From: a virus
Length of the DNA stretch: 64,000 nucleotides
IMG/VR virus record: IMGVR_UViG_3300024264_000015
Coordinates: 26,320-90,319 of that record
Strand: one strand, 5' to 3'
This document shows, one piece after another, positions 1 through 10,489 of the stretch (the stretch's first letter is position 1; each line of letters begins with the position of its first letter). Position numbers and translations under genes: made by a program. A model generated the notes under the pieces. That model ran no database searches, was not told the DNA's origin, and saw nothing but the letters and a program-made list of their open reading frames with translations.

Positions 1-2
1 AC

Positions 3-827
3 TTATTAAGAGAGAAGAAAATTGATTATCGCATAAGCGGACAAGATGCCGTAGTGTCTTGCCTTAATCCAGAACATGATGACAGTAATCCGTCTATGCG
101 TATAGATAGGGTAACTGGCGTGTTCAATTGTTTCTCATGCGGTTATAAAGGTAATCTGTTTACATACTTTGGTGCACCTGCTTCTCCACTAGAAGTTCGT
201 ATGCACAGAATTAAAGAATCAATCAACAAAGTCAGGTCAGCAACTGTCGGTATCCAACTCCCAAAGGATAGACTATCGTGGAAAGGTGGTGGTATTCGGA
301 ATATTTCCGAAGAAACTCTCGCTAAATGGGATGCGTTCACATGGAACGTTCCTAAGTTTGAGAATCGCATCATCTTTCCGATACGAGATATCACAGGCAA
401 GACGGTGGCTTTAATAGGCAGAAGCATAGATGACTTCAATCCTAACAAATATTACATTTACCCTAACGGAGTGGAAATGCCTTTCTGTCCCGCTAAGGTA
501 AAACCAATACAAAACAGAGTTATCCTTGTAGAAGGAATCTTTGATGCACTTAACTTATGGGATAAAGGGCTCAAGAATACTGTATGTTGTTTTGGTACAC
601 AGCAGGTAAACTGGGTTAAGCTTAGTTTATTAAAACTCCAAGGGATAACTGGTATAGATATCATGTTTGATGGAGATGAAGCAGGAAGGCAGGCTGGTGA
701 GAAAGCCAAAGACCTTGCAGAGAAACTAGAGATGTCTGCAAGAGTAGTAAAATTACGAGATAACATAGACCCTGGCAACTTAACAAGACCAGAGATAGAA
801 AGATTAAAGGAAAAATTATATGGCTAA
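3..827 (+). CDS. DNA primase (T5-like, CHC2 zinc finger + TOPRIM); 5' end lies before the window
   Basis: Zn motif CLNPEH...CFSC and TOPRIM motifs LVEGIFD and DGD. The frame is open from position 3. Directly upstream of PolA, as in T5. Confidence 0.9.
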   Translation, partial: LLREKKIDYRISGQDAVVSCLNPEHDDSNPSMRIDRVTGVFNCFSCGYKGNLFTYFGAPASPLEVRMHRIKESINKVRSATVGIQLPKDRLSWKGGGIRNISEETLAKWDAFTWNVPKFENRIIFPIRDITGKTVALIGRSIDDFNPNKYYIYPNGVEMPFCPAKVKPIQNRVILVEGIFDALNLWDKGLKNTVCCFGTQQVNWVKLSLLKLQGITGIDIMFDGDEAGRQAGEKAKDLAEKLEMSARVVKLRDNIDPGNLTRPEIERLKEKLYG

Positions 828-3081
828 TGTAGCACTAATAGAAACAACAATGTCCAGCACGAACTGGAATAAATACTTTGAGTTTGAATTCGATAGGTTT
901 GCCCTGTGTTCAGATAGTTCAAAGAAGAAAATTTTGAAAAGAGATGTTGATATCGAAATCGATATTGATGCGTACGAATGGCTCATAGTTGTGGGTTCCG
1001 AACCTTTCAAAATGTTTACAAAAAAGACATCAATAACTGAGTACAATGGAAAAGTTGTTGATTCTAAGTTTTTGGCAATAATCAATCCCGCAATGATAAA
1101 GTTCAGACCAGAAGCAAAGAAGTCGTTCGAGGAAGCCGTTGAGAGCATAACGGGATATGTTAGCGGAGAACTACAACAAATGACCATACCAAAAGATAAA
1201 TGTTATGGCATACAAGACACAGAAGAATTAAACGCTTGGTTACAGAAAGCACTAGATGCACCAGGCGATTTTATTGCACTTGACTCAGAGACTTCAGCAC
1301 TATATTGTCGTGATGGCTATATGCTAGGATTCTCTATGTCATATGAACCTGAGCATGGTATCTATGGAGACTGTGATTGCATGGATGAAGAATCAGAAAG
1401 ACTCATGCAGGAAATATTCAACAAGAAAAGAGTCGTCTTTCATAATGCAAAGTTTGACTTACAATGGTTTGAGTATCATTTCAACTTTGAGTTTCCACAG
1501 TTTGAAGACACTATGCTTATGCACTATATGTTTGATGAAAGACCAGGCACACATGGCTTGAAGACACTAGCAATCAAGCATACTCCATATGGAGACTATG
1601 AAGCAGAACTCTCAAACTGGATTGCAGACTTCAAGAAAAGAACAGGTATACTCAAAGATTCATTTGATTATAGTATGGTTCCCTTTGATGTTATGCAGAA
1701 CTATGCTGGTATGGACGCTATTGTAACGTACTTACTATTTGAAAAGTTTGAAAAAGCATTGAAAACAAATGACAAACTATATGGAGTATACAAAAGAATA
1801 TTAATAGAAGGTTGTAGATTTCTAAAATGTATTGAGAGCAATGGTGTTCCATTCGACAAGACTCGTCTAGAATTTGGACAGAAGCGTATGGGCGAAGACA
1901 TTGACACAGCAGTTCAAGCTTTGAATGAGTTTCCTGAAGTAAAAAGATTTATTGCAGATAATCAAGGATTCAATCCAAATAGTACACTACAACTTAGAAC
2001 TTTATTGTTTGATTATTGTGGACTTAAATCTGACAAGAAAACCGCAACGGGTGCACTCAGCACAGATGCTGAAGTACTTGGTAATCTTGCAGAAGAACAT
2101 GGAGTACCAAAACATATTCTTGAAGTTCGTCAAAAAGTTAAAATTAAGAATACATATCTTGATAAAATTATACCAAACCTAGATAGAGATGGTAGACTTC
2201 GTACAGGTTTCAATCTTCATGGTACAACCAGTGGTAGATTGAGTAGTAGTGGTAAACTGAATATGCAACAGCTTCCAAGAGATAATCCCACCGTAAAAGG
2301 TTGTATCAAAGCAAAAGCTGGAAACAAAATAGTTGCGATGGACTTAACAACAGCAGAGGTATACTGTGCGGCTGTACTTGCAGATGACAAAGGACTTATG
2401 AATGTATTTAAGTCTGGTGGTAATTTTCATAGTACGATTGCGAAACAAGTATTCAGACTGCCAGGGGATGTTGACGACATAGCAACAAACTTTGGTGCAC
2501 AAAGACAACAAGCAAAAGCTGTTACCTTTGGTATCATGTATGGAGCGGGACCGAAAAAGATTAGTGAACAAGTAACAAAGGATAGTGGAGAATACTTCAG
2601 TATGCAAGACGCAGCAAATACTATCAAAGATTATTTCGAGGCGTTCCCTAAACTTCGTGAATGGCTAGACAACCAAAAGAAATTTATTCAAGCGAATGGA
2701 TTTGTTTACAGTAGGTTTGGCAGAAAGAGAAGATTACCTGATGTCCATTCACAGGACAAAGGAATCGCCTCACATGAAGTGCGTAGTGGAATCAACTTCT
2801 TAGTACAATCTGTTGCATCTGATATTAACCTTATGGGCGGTATCGATATGCAGAGATATATAGAAAAGACAGGTATGAAAGCGAAGATATTTGCACTTGT
2901 TCACGATTCCGTACTAGCAGAAGTGCCTGAAGATGAGATAGAACATTATTCAGAAAAGCTTCAAGAGTTTATACAAAAAGATAGAGGATTATCAATCCCA
3001 GGCGCTCCAGTTGGATGTGACTTTGATGTTGCAGACGACTATTCATTAGGAAAGTTTGAGAAATTATATGGCATTTCATGA
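820..3081 (+). CDS. pol: Family A DNA polymerase with 3'-5' exonuclease
   Basis: Exonuclease motifs DSET and HNAKFD; TSGRLSS; motif A DLTTAE; motif B RQQAKAVTFGIMYG (Phe at the 762-equivalent position); motif C VHDS. Confidence 0.97.
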   Translation: MANVALIETTMSSTNWNKYFEFEFDRFALCSDSSKKKILKRDVDIEIDIDAYEWLIVVGSEPFKMFTKKTSITEYNGKVVDSKFLAIINPAMIKFRPEAKKSFEEAVESITGYVSGELQQMTIPKDKCYGIQDTEELNAWLQKALDAPGDFIALDSETSALYCRDGYMLGFSMSYEPEHGIYGDCDCMDEESERLMQEIFNKKRVVFHNAKFDLQWFEYHFNFEFPQFEDTMLMHYMFDERPGTHGLKTLAIKHTPYGDYEAELSNWIADFKKRTGILKDSFDYSMVPFDVMQNYAGMDAIVTYLLFEKFEKALKTNDKLYGVYKRILIEGCRFLKCIESNGVPFDKTRLEFGQKRMGEDIDTAVQALNEFPEVKRFIADNQGFNPNSTLQLRTLLFDYCGLKSDKKTATGALSTDAEVLGNLAEEHGVPKHILEVRQKVKIKNTYLDKIIPNLDRDGRLRTGFNLHGTTSGRLSSSGKLNMQQLPRDNPTVKGCIKAKAGNKIVAMDLTTAEVYCAAVLADDKGLMNVFKSGGNFHSTIAKQVFRLPGDVDDIATNFGAQRQQAKAVTFGIMYGAGPKKISEQVTKDSGEYFSMQDAANTIKDYFEAFPKLREWLDNQKKFIQANGFVYSRFGRKRRLPDVHSQDKGIASHEVRSGINFLVQSVASDINLMGGIDMQRYIEKTGMKAKIFALVHDSVLAEVPEDEIEHYSEKLQEFIQKDRGLSIPGAPVGCDFDVADDYSLGKFEKLYGIS

Positions 3082-3544
3082 GATAAATTGGTATTGTGAT
3101 ACTGACTATATGAAAGATGTATGGGAAAAGTGTGGTCGTAAACAAACGACTCTAAAAGACCCAAACATAAGTGAGTTTATGCAACCTCTTTTAACAGTAT
3201 TTGATAATGCGCTTAAAGAGAAAAAATATAAATTAGGAATAATGCAAATAGTAAATGACAAAACAACTGTGTCGGGCCCTAACTGGAAATCAGTATATGT
3301 TTGGGGTTTTGACCCTTTTCATGTAAGTATAAATGGATGGAAAGTACATTCCGCAATATGTGATGTAACTAAACCTATAGATATTGTCGGGCCTCACTTA
3401 GCAGTATACACAAATTTAAAGTTTGAAGCATTAAAGTTAGGGTATGATAAATATTGGGGTAAAAGTCAAGTTCAAAGAAAAGTAGTAACAACACAAGAGG
3501 TTTTTGGTGGCAATGTACGTACAGACAACATTGACGTTATGTAA
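3068..3544 (+). CDS. hypothetical protein
   Basis: ORF overlapping the pol stop; ATG at 3068 chosen; no recognisable motif. Confidence 0.6.
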   Translation: MAFHEINWYCDTDYMKDVWEKCGRKQTTLKDPNISEFMQPLLTVFDNALKEKKYKLGIMQIVNDKTTVSGPNWKSVYVWGFDPFHVSINGWKVHSAICDVTKPIDIVGPHLAVYTNLKFEALKLGYDKYWGKSQVQRKVVTTQEVFGGNVRTDNIDVM

Positions 3545-4001
3545 GTTTCCTATGTATGTTCTTTCAGAAGAACCAGAACTAGTAGATGGTTTAGTATGGA
3601 TTAATGACGAAGTAGTAGATGATAGAAATATGTTAGGAAAAACTATAGGACATAGAAGGCTACAAACACCAATGAAAAGTTTATATCCTTTACATAGACA
3701 AATAAACGAACCTAGTAATGTATATAAACATAGAGGGAAGCATTTTATAGATACCGAAGGTACATATTATTATAAAGAGTTAAAACCAATAGGAACAATA
3801 AAATATCATAAGATAGCTTCTATAAAAGAAAAACAAGGTATTAGAACCATAAGATGTCGTGACTTGGCTATAACATTAAAGACACTTACTCCGCAACCAA
3901 CTAATGCAAAATGGTGCGGAGTTTTGTATGTAAAAAATATGCCTTGGACTTTATGGGAATATAGCGAAACTAAAAAGAAAAACAGAAAAAGAAACGTATG
4001 A
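3504..4001 (+). CDS. hypothetical protein, resembles the conserved gene between pol and D10 in T5-like phages
   Basis: 165-aa ORF with FPMY...VVDDRN...GHRRLQ...FIDTEG; syntenic position. Start uncertain. Confidence 0.6.
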   Translation: MVAMYVQTTLTLCKFPMYVLSEEPELVDGLVWINDEVVDDRNMLGKTIGHRRLQTPMKSLYPLHRQINEPSNVYKHRGKHFIDTEGTYYYKELKPIGTIKYHKIASIKEKQGIRTIRCRDLAITLKTLTPQPTNAKWCGVLYVKNMPWTLWEYSETKKKNRKRNV

Positions 4002-4609
4002 TACATTTAAATATACATAACTTTGTCAATCCTTATGAAGTACAAAGACTAGAAGAAGTCATTGAAAGAGACGAAGACCAAATATTAGGTATACCAAATG
4101 ATAATATACATAGATTTTATCCTGCACTTACAAGTCAGTATCATGTATATAACTGGTTACAAAATGATGCAGTTGCTTCATTAGACTTACCTGATAGATT
4201 TTTTAATATGAAAGCACTAGAATCTTATAATGAATTGTATATTCAATGTTGGTGTAACATAGTAAGAGAAGGGGAAAAATTAAGTAAACATGTTCATGCA
4301 GGAATGAAAAGTCACAATAAATTTTATGCCGCAAACTTATTTATATCAGGAAATACAAAACCAGGTACTTGGTATGAAGGAATAGGTACAGTAGAAAATA
4401 CACCAGGTACATTAACATTTTTTGATTGTAGATTCCCTCACGCAGTTCCTGTGAATAAAACAAAAACACACAGAATCAGTATGGCATTTGATATTTGGTA
4501 CGAAAAACCACCAGGATATGAAGAGCCTCGTTGGCTTACATTTAAAAGAGAAGAATTAATAACTGACCCTATGGGTCGATGCTGGCCCGATTGGCCACCT
4601 GGAGAATAA
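3998..4609 (+). CDS. putative 2OG-Fe(II) oxygenase
   Basis: WCNI...KHVH...FPHAV...RISMAFD pattern of phage 2OG-Fe(II) oxygenases. Confidence 0.75.
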   Translation: MIHLNIHNFVNPYEVQRLEEVIERDEDQILGIPNDNIHRFYPALTSQYHVYNWLQNDAVASLDLPDRFFNMKALESYNELYIQCWCNIVREGEKLSKHVHAGMKSHNKFYAANLFISGNTKPGTWYEGIGTVENTPGTLTFFDCRFPHAVPVNKTKTHRISMAFDIWYEKPPGYEEPRWLTFKREELITDPMGRCWPDWPPGE

Positions 4610-4610
4610 T

Positions 4611-4859
4611 ATGGTAGACATTGAAAAATTAAAAAAGAAATTAGAGAGTAGTATAGTTTTGATAACTTTTGAATCTCTAAAAAGTGGAGAAATATACAAT
4701 AGAGAGTACACTCTTTCTAAAAACTATTTACCTTTACCTAATCATATATCTAGACAGTCTGGAGATAGACTTATAGTATGGGATGTAGAGTTTCAGAAAT
4801 GGGAAGACTTACTCCTTACGACAATACTAGAATGGAAAACCATGGTGGACATTGACTAA
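4611..4859 (+). CDS. small WYL-like/SH3-fold protein
   Basis: ITFESLKSGE...REYTL...IVWDVEFQKWEDL matches the phage WYL-like pattern. Confidence 0.5.
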   Translation: MVDIEKLKKKLESSIVLITFESLKSGEIYNREYTLSKNYLPLPNHISRQSGDRLIVWDVEFQKWEDLLLTTILEWKTMVDID

Positions 4860-6373
4860 TGTGCGGATTCGTAGTATCAAATAAATCAGGTGTAGTTAGA
4901 GAAGCACTTATCAGACAAAGGCATCGAGGCCCTGACGCGGTTTCTATGTGGAAAGGTCAAGGATTAGAAATGGGACATGTTTTGCTAGATATAAATGGTA
5001 GTAAAACAATACAGCCTTACACAACAAAGAAAGGAAATGTATTAGTATTCAATGGCGAAATGTATAACTGTCCAATAGAGAATGATACTGCTTGGCTAGG
5101 AGAAGGTATGGATAGATATGGCATACGTTTCTTAGAGTATAATAATTGGCATGGCGCAGTTGCATATCTAAATATAGAGAAGAACGAACTACTAGTAACA
5201 AGAGACCACTTTGGTGCTAAGCCTCTATGGTTTCAAATGCTATCTCCAACAGAGTGGATGTTTAGTACAAGTTTAAGAAGTATGGTACATAAAAAAGTTG
5301 ATGAAAAACACAAACCTTCTTTCTTGTTTAATCCTATATGGCAGGGAACAAGTTGTCCGTACCAAAATACTTGGAAAGTAGCACCTGGTCAGACCTTTAA
5401 GTTTGACTTAAATAATCCAGGAGAAAGAGTACATAAAAATTTATGGGATTATTATAGAATAGAATCTAGAAGATTTAAAAAGGAAAGAGTTAGAGAAAAA
5501 TTAATAACAAGTATACAATCTATTGCTAAGAATAAACAAAAAACAGGAATATTTTTAAGTGGCGGACTAGATAGTACGTTTGCTTTGGCAGCTGTAAAAG
5601 ATATGGGATTAGACCTTACAGCTTATATATTGGCATATGATGAAAAGAAAGGGTCTATACAAGACCATAATACTTTTAGAAATGAATCTAAGATGGCGAT
5701 ACAGACTTGCAAAGAATGGAATATACCATATAAAGTTGCAACTCTACATGAAGAAAATGTAGAGCATTATGGTAAGATGTGGATGAATTATACTCACTTT
5801 CCTTGGACTGATAGACTAAGACAAGCACCTAGATTTTTATTAGCAAAGACTGCTTCTGAAGATGGGTGTAAGGTCATACTTACAGGAGATAGTGCAGACG
5901 AGTTATTCACAGGATATTATCATCACGACAAAAGATTTGAAGAAGGGTACGATGATGAGACAGTAAAAAGAGCAGAAAAGATGAACTGGACTCCGAATAA
6001 AATATGGCATAAAACAGACCACTGGAATAATGGTTTATTTTATGATTTATTAGTAACATCAGAACAAAACGTACTTGCAGCTGACCAGACCTGTGGTATG
6101 TTTGGTATGGAGTCAAGACCTGTATTTTTACAACAAGATTTTGTAAGATGGATATTTGAGCAAGATGGAGAAATTAAGTTCAAAACACACCCCGATTATC
6201 CTAAAGGAACATATAAGTATATTTTAAGAGATTTACTAGGTGATATGTTGCCTGAGCATGTACGAAACAGAAAACAAAAAACAGGGTGGTCAAGTCCTTG
6301 GAACAATAATATAAAAAAATTACAACAAAAATGGAGGAATCAAGATTGGGAAACACTGAAAAGTTATCAATAG
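4859..6373 (+). CDS. asnB: asparagine synthase-like glutamine amidotransferase
   Basis: N-terminal MCG (Ntn Cys), HRGPD, FNGEMYN, RDHFGAKPL, LSGGLDS, LTGDSADELF. Confidence 0.9.
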   Translation: MCGFVVSNKSGVVREALIRQRHRGPDAVSMWKGQGLEMGHVLLDINGSKTIQPYTTKKGNVLVFNGEMYNCPIENDTAWLGEGMDRYGIRFLEYNNWHGAVAYLNIEKNELLVTRDHFGAKPLWFQMLSPTEWMFSTSLRSMVHKKVDEKHKPSFLFNPIWQGTSCPYQNTWKVAPGQTFKFDLNNPGERVHKNLWDYYRIESRRFKKERVREKLITSIQSIAKNKQKTGIFLSGGLDSTFALAAVKDMGLDLTAYILAYDEKKGSIQDHNTFRNESKMAIQTCKEWNIPYKVATLHEENVEHYGKMWMNYTHFPWTDRLRQAPRFLLAKTASEDGCKVILTGDSADELFTGYYHHDKRFEEGYDDETVKRAEKMNWTPNKIWHKTDHWNNGLFYDLLVTSEQNVLAADQTCGMFGMESRPVFLQQDFVRWIFEQDGEIKFKTHPDYPKGTYKYILRDLLGDMLPEHVRNRKQKTGWSSPWNNNIKKLQQKWRNQDWETLKSYQ

Positions 6374-6762
6374 GATTTACTTGTGGAGCCTTTGACTTAC
6401 TTCATGCAGGGCATATAGTAATGCTCAAAGAAGCAAAAGAAAACTGCGACTATTTAATAGTAGGATTACAGACAGACCCTAGTCTAGATAGACAAGAAAA
6501 GAATATACCTGTTCAATCTGTATTTGAAAGATATATACAACTACGAGCAGTGAAGTACATAGACGAAATTATTCCATATGATACAGAACAAAGTCTACTA
6601 GACTTACTAGAGGCTACAGAAATACATCTTCGATTTGTCGGAGAGGATTATGTCGACAGACATTTTACAGGCAAAGGACTGCATGAGATTTTTTACACAA
6701 GTAGACAGCACTCTTTTTCTAGTACGAATTTGAGAAATAAGATACATGAAAGCAGTTCTTAG
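6331..6762 (+). CDS. cytidylyltransferase (TagD-like HxGH family)
   Basis: GAFDLLHAGH motif; C-terminal RQHSFSSTNLR. Confidence 0.88.
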   Translation: MEESRLGNTEKLSIGFTCGAFDLLHAGHIVMLKEAKENCDYLIVGLQTDPSLDRQEKNIPVQSVFERYIQLRAVKYIDEIIPYDTEQSLLDLLEATEIHLRFVGEDYVDRHFTGKGLHEIFYTSRQHSFSSTNLRNKIHESSS

Positions 6763-8026
6763 TAACAGAATATATTTAGAAGTAAATAAAGAAACACATA
6801 ATTCTATCGAGAAGGAACTTACTTATACAATTCCTGCTCGTATGCCTCAAGACCCTCCTTTAGTATTTAAAACAATTAGATACATAAAAGAAGGTTTAAT
6901 CTCCATACCTATTGGAAGAGTGGATTTAATACCAGATGATTACGAAGTAATCGATAAGCGTGTTACCTCACCAACAGAACATGCAGATTTTAAGTTTGAT
7001 TTACGACCTTCCCAAAAAGCGGTTCATGACGAGATAGATGACAATGCTATAGTAAACGCATGGGTAAGTTGGGGCAAGACATTTACAGGTTTAGCTATCG
7101 CAGCGAAGCTTGGTCAGAAAACATTAGTTGTTACCCACACAACTAACTTAAGAAATCAGTGGGAAAAAGAGGTAGAAAAATGCTTTGGAATTAAACCAGG
7201 CAGAATAGGTAGTGGAGACTTTAACACTAATGCTCCTATAGTTATTGGGAATATTCAGAGTTTATACCGAAAAATGACTGACATTAAAAAGATATTCGGG
7301 ACAGTTATTTTAGATGAAATGCACCACGTCAGCAGTCCAACTTTTACACGAATTGTAGATGAAATGCCTGCTCGTTATAAGATAGGCCTCACAGGAACAC
7401 TAGAACGAAAAGATGGGCGTCATGTGGTGTTTAGAGATTACTTTGGGCACAATGTATTTAAACCGCCTAAAGAGAACTATTTAATACCAAAGATTCATAT
7501 TGTAAAGTCAGATGTAATATTTCTTGATGGGGCGTATACTCCATGGGCAGAACGTATAAATCATCTAGCGTACAATGAAGAATATGTACATAGCGTAGCT
7601 CTGATTGCATCAAAGTATGCAGCACTAGGGCACAAAGTATTAGTAGTATCAGATAGAGTTGCATTTCTAAAAGCCTGTGCAAGATTGTGCGGGGATAATG
7701 CAGTATCAATCACTGGAGATATGGATTTTGAAGAAAGAGAAAATACTATGCAACTAATAAAAGAAGATAAAAATATTTTATTTGGAACACAGTCAATCTT
7801 TTCTGAAGGCATATCTTTGAATGATTTGAGTTGCCTAGTACTAGGTACTCCAGTCAATAATGACCCCCTTCTTACACAGTTAATTGGTAGGGTTATAAGA
7901 GATAAAGAAGGAAAACAACAACCAGTAGTGGTTGATATACATTTAAAAGGAAAAACAGCAGCTCGACAAGCAAATGCTAGAATGGGCTACTATATAAAAC
8001 AAGATTACGAGGTAAAAATATTATGA
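6746..8026 (+). CDS. D10: SF2 helicase, T5 D10-like
   Basis: WGKT Walker A, DEMH, GLTGTLER, SEGIS, QLIGRVIR. Confidence 0.9.
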   Translation: MKAVLSNRIYLEVNKETHNSIEKELTYTIPARMPQDPPLVFKTIRYIKEGLISIPIGRVDLIPDDYEVIDKRVTSPTEHADFKFDLRPSQKAVHDEIDDNAIVNAWVSWGKTFTGLAIAAKLGQKTLVVTHTTNLRNQWEKEVEKCFGIKPGRIGSGDFNTNAPIVIGNIQSLYRKMTDIKKIFGTVILDEMHHVSSPTFTRIVDEMPARYKIGLTGTLERKDGRHVVFRDYFGHNVFKPPKENYLIPKIHIVKSDVIFLDGAYTPWAERINHLAYNEEYVHSVALIASKYAALGHKVLVVSDRVAFLKACARLCGDNAVSITGDMDFEERENTMQLIKEDKNILFGTQSIFSEGISLNDLSCLVLGTPVNNDPLLTQLIGRVIRDKEGKQQPVVVDIHLKGKTAARQANARMGYYIKQDYEVKIL

Positions 8027-8919
8027 GTGTAGAAGTACAACTTAACTTAGAAAAAATGAGGCAGATGAAGATATTTCTTGCAACTCCAATGTATGGAGGT
8101 ATGTGTCATGGTCTATACACAAAATCTTTAATGGACACAACAAATGTAGCAATGCAGTACGGAATACCTATTCAGATTTATTATTTGTTTAATGAATCTT
8201 TAATTACTAGAGCAAGGAATTATTGTGTAGCAAACTTTTTAAAATCAGATGCTACGCATTTACTTTTTATAGATAGCGATATACATTGGAGCGCAATGGA
8301 CTTGATGTATATGTTACATATTGTAACAGAAAAACCAGAACTATATAGAATTATGTGTGCATTATATCCTAAGAAAACTATTGCTTGGGAGAAAGTATTG
8401 AAAGCAGCAAAGTCAGGAGAGTATGATGAAAAACCATGGGAACTAGAAAGATTAGGAGGGGATATGGTATTTAATCCGTTACCTGATGAGTACCCTGATG
8501 GAAGAGCACCTATCAATGAACCAGTAAAAATTAAAGAAGGTGCTACTGGATTTATGTTAATAGAAAGAAGTGTTTTTGAAGAGTATGCAGAAGCTCACCC
8601 CGAGTTACTATATACTCCTGACCATTTAAGAGAAGGAGAGTTTGCTTTAAATGAGAAGATTCATGCTTTCTTTGATTGTATTATAAATGACCAAAACAGG
8701 TATCTATCGGAAGACTACATGTTCTCCGAGTATTGTAGAAATCTAGGTATGGACATATGGGCATTACCTATGATAGAGCTAATGCATTGTGGTAGTTACG
8801 TATTTAAAGGTAGCATAGCAAGAATGGCGCAAGCCGATGTTCATGCTACAGTTGACGAGGAAACTATAATAAAAATGCAAAAGGCTAAAGCTGAAAAAGC
8901 TCAGAAAAATAGTTCTTGA
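8023..8919 (+). CDS. GT-A fold glycosyltransferase-like protein
   Basis: IFLATPMYGG, NESLITRARN, LLFIDSD (DxD), ATGFMLI, YLSEDYMF. Confidence 0.7.
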   Translation: MSVEVQLNLEKMRQMKIFLATPMYGGMCHGLYTKSLMDTTNVAMQYGIPIQIYYLFNESLITRARNYCVANFLKSDATHLLFIDSDIHWSAMDLMYMLHIVTEKPELYRIMCALYPKKTIAWEKVLKAAKSGEYDEKPWELERLGGDMVFNPLPDEYPDGRAPINEPVKIKEGATGFMLIERSVFEEYAEAHPELLYTPDHLREGEFALNEKIHAFFDCIINDQNRYLSEDYMFSEYCRNLGMDIWALPMIELMHCGSYVFKGSIARMAQADVHATVDEETIIKMQKAKAEKAQKNSS

Positions 8920-8944
8920 CACGCGCTTAAAAATTTGTTATAAT
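8916..8944 (+). promoter_or_regulatory. consensus sigma70 promoter with extended -10
   Basis: TTGACA(8916-21)-17 bp-TATAAT(8939-44), TG at 8936-37, preceded by AAAAATAGTTC. Confidence 0.85.
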
Positions 8945-9337
8945 ATGTTACTATTTAATTGGAATAAGATAATAAGAGTAAGCAACGGAAATGTTGATGA
9001 TATGATTCAGATACTTAGAATCATTACTTACAAGATTCAACCAAAAAATTATTACGATAAAACATTTAAGTTTTATAAGCATAAATTCGGAGGCTCTAGC
9101 TTCATCCTAAACCCAAAGGATTTGCTAGAACGAGGAAGGGCATTGAGTGATAGAGAGGTTGTGGAGTATGCAGGTGTCGCATCATTCCGCAACTATTACG
9201 ACTATGTCCGCACAAAAGACACCACACTAGACCTCTTTGACTGTGAAGTTAGTGAGGAAATTATAAATAATAACAGACTGCTTGAGTTAAAAGATGGAAG
9301 GGTACACTTTTTATTCGAGGAGACAATGGAGAAATAA
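8945..9337 (+). CDS. conserved T5-like hypothetical protein upstream of D11
   Basis: 130-aa ORF with GGSSFILNP...EYAGVASFRNY...NNRLL; synteny with T5. Confidence 0.7.
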   Translation: MLLFNWNKIIRVSNGNVDDMIQILRIITYKIQPKNYYDKTFKFYKHKFGGSSFILNPKDLLERGRALSDREVVEYAGVASFRNYYDYVRTKDTTLDLFDCEVSEEIINNNRLLELKDGRVHFLFEETMEK

Positions 9338-9338
9338 A

Positions 9339-9971
9339 ATGGCAATTGGATTCAACCAAACCAAGGGCTCAGCCCAAAAAAACAAAATAGAAACATATAA
9401 CTACGCAGGTAGAGAAGACCACCACGTAAGACTGGTAGGAGACTTACTTCCTAGATATGTGTACTGGATTAAAGGAGAAAATGGCAAAAACATTCCTATG
9501 GAGTGCTTATCTTTTGACAGAAACTCTGAAACATTCAACAATGTAGAACATGACCATGTTCGAGACTTTTACCCTGATTTAAAATGTGGATGGTCTTATG
9601 CCGTTCAGTGCATAGACTACGCTGATAAATCTGTAAAAGTTCTTAATTTAAAAAGAAAGTTGTTCGACCAAGTTATAGTAGCTATGGAAGAGTTGGGTGA
9701 CCCAACAGACCCAGTTACTGGTTATGACATTCATTTCAAAAGAAAGAAAACTGGTCCGCAGGTATTTAATGTCGAGTATCAATTACAAGTTCTAAAGTGT
9801 AAACCAAGAGAACTTGAAGATTGGGAAAAAGAATTAACTTCAGGACTTAAGTCTATGGACGAAATTCTTGTTAGACCAACAGCAGACGCTCAGTTAGAAC
9901 TACTAAGAAGAGTTAACGATTCTGGTAGTGAAACACCTAGCGAAGTATCAGAGGAGTTTGACGTATCATGA
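9339..9971 (+). CDS. D11: D11-like putative ssDNA-binding protein
   Basis: VRLVGDLLPRYVYW, DPTDPVTGYDI, acidic C-tail; ATG at 9339 after GGAG. Confidence 0.8.
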   Translation: MAIGFNQTKGSAQKNKIETYNYAGREDHHVRLVGDLLPRYVYWIKGENGKNIPMECLSFDRNSETFNNVEHDHVRDFYPDLKCGWSYAVQCIDYADKSVKVLNLKRKLFDQVIVAMEELGDPTDPVTGYDIHFKRKKTGPQVFNVEYQLQVLKCKPRELEDWEKELTSGLKSMDEILVRPTADAQLELLRRVNDSGSETPSEVSEEFDVS

Positions 9972-10489
9972 TTGGAGTAGGAGAGAAGTTCCCTGCCTTT
10001 ACACTGCAGGGTGTAGACAAAGATAATAACTTTGTACAAGTATCTGTCACAGAACAGTACGAACCTTTGAAAAAAGATTACACAGTTATATACTTCTATC
10101 CAAAAGACTTTACTTTTATATGTCCAACAGAAATTGCTGGAATGGATATATTAGTAGAAGAAGCTAATGTTATTGGTATTAGTGGTGATAATGAGTTTTG
10201 TAAATTAGCTTGGAAACAAGACAATGAACTTATAGGAAATATACAACATTCCTTAGCGGCAGATTGCGGCTTAGGACTATCTTCTAAACTAGGAATAGTT
10301 CACGAAGAAGTAGGAGTATGTTTTAGAGCTACTTATATTATAGACAGAAATGATATAATACAACATGTAAGTGTTAACGCACTTGACACAGGCAGAAATG
10401 CTCATGAAGTTCTTAGAACTTTACAAGGCATTAAAGCAGGTGGATTAACAGGGTGTGAATGGACACCTGGGGATGAACTATTAGGATGA
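9968..10489 (+). CDS. ahpC: peroxiredoxin (AhpC/2-Cys)
   Basis: YFYPKDFTFICPTE motif, GRNAHEVLR, C-terminal Cys. Confidence 0.9.
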   Translation: MIGVGEKFPAFTLQGVDKDNNFVQVSVTEQYEPLKKDYTVIYFYPKDFTFICPTEIAGMDILVEEANVIGISGDNEFCKLAWKQDNELIGNIQHSLAADCGLGLSSKLGIVHEEVGVCFRATYIIDRNDIIQHVSVNALDTGRNAHEVLRTLQGIKAGGLTGCEWTPGDELLG

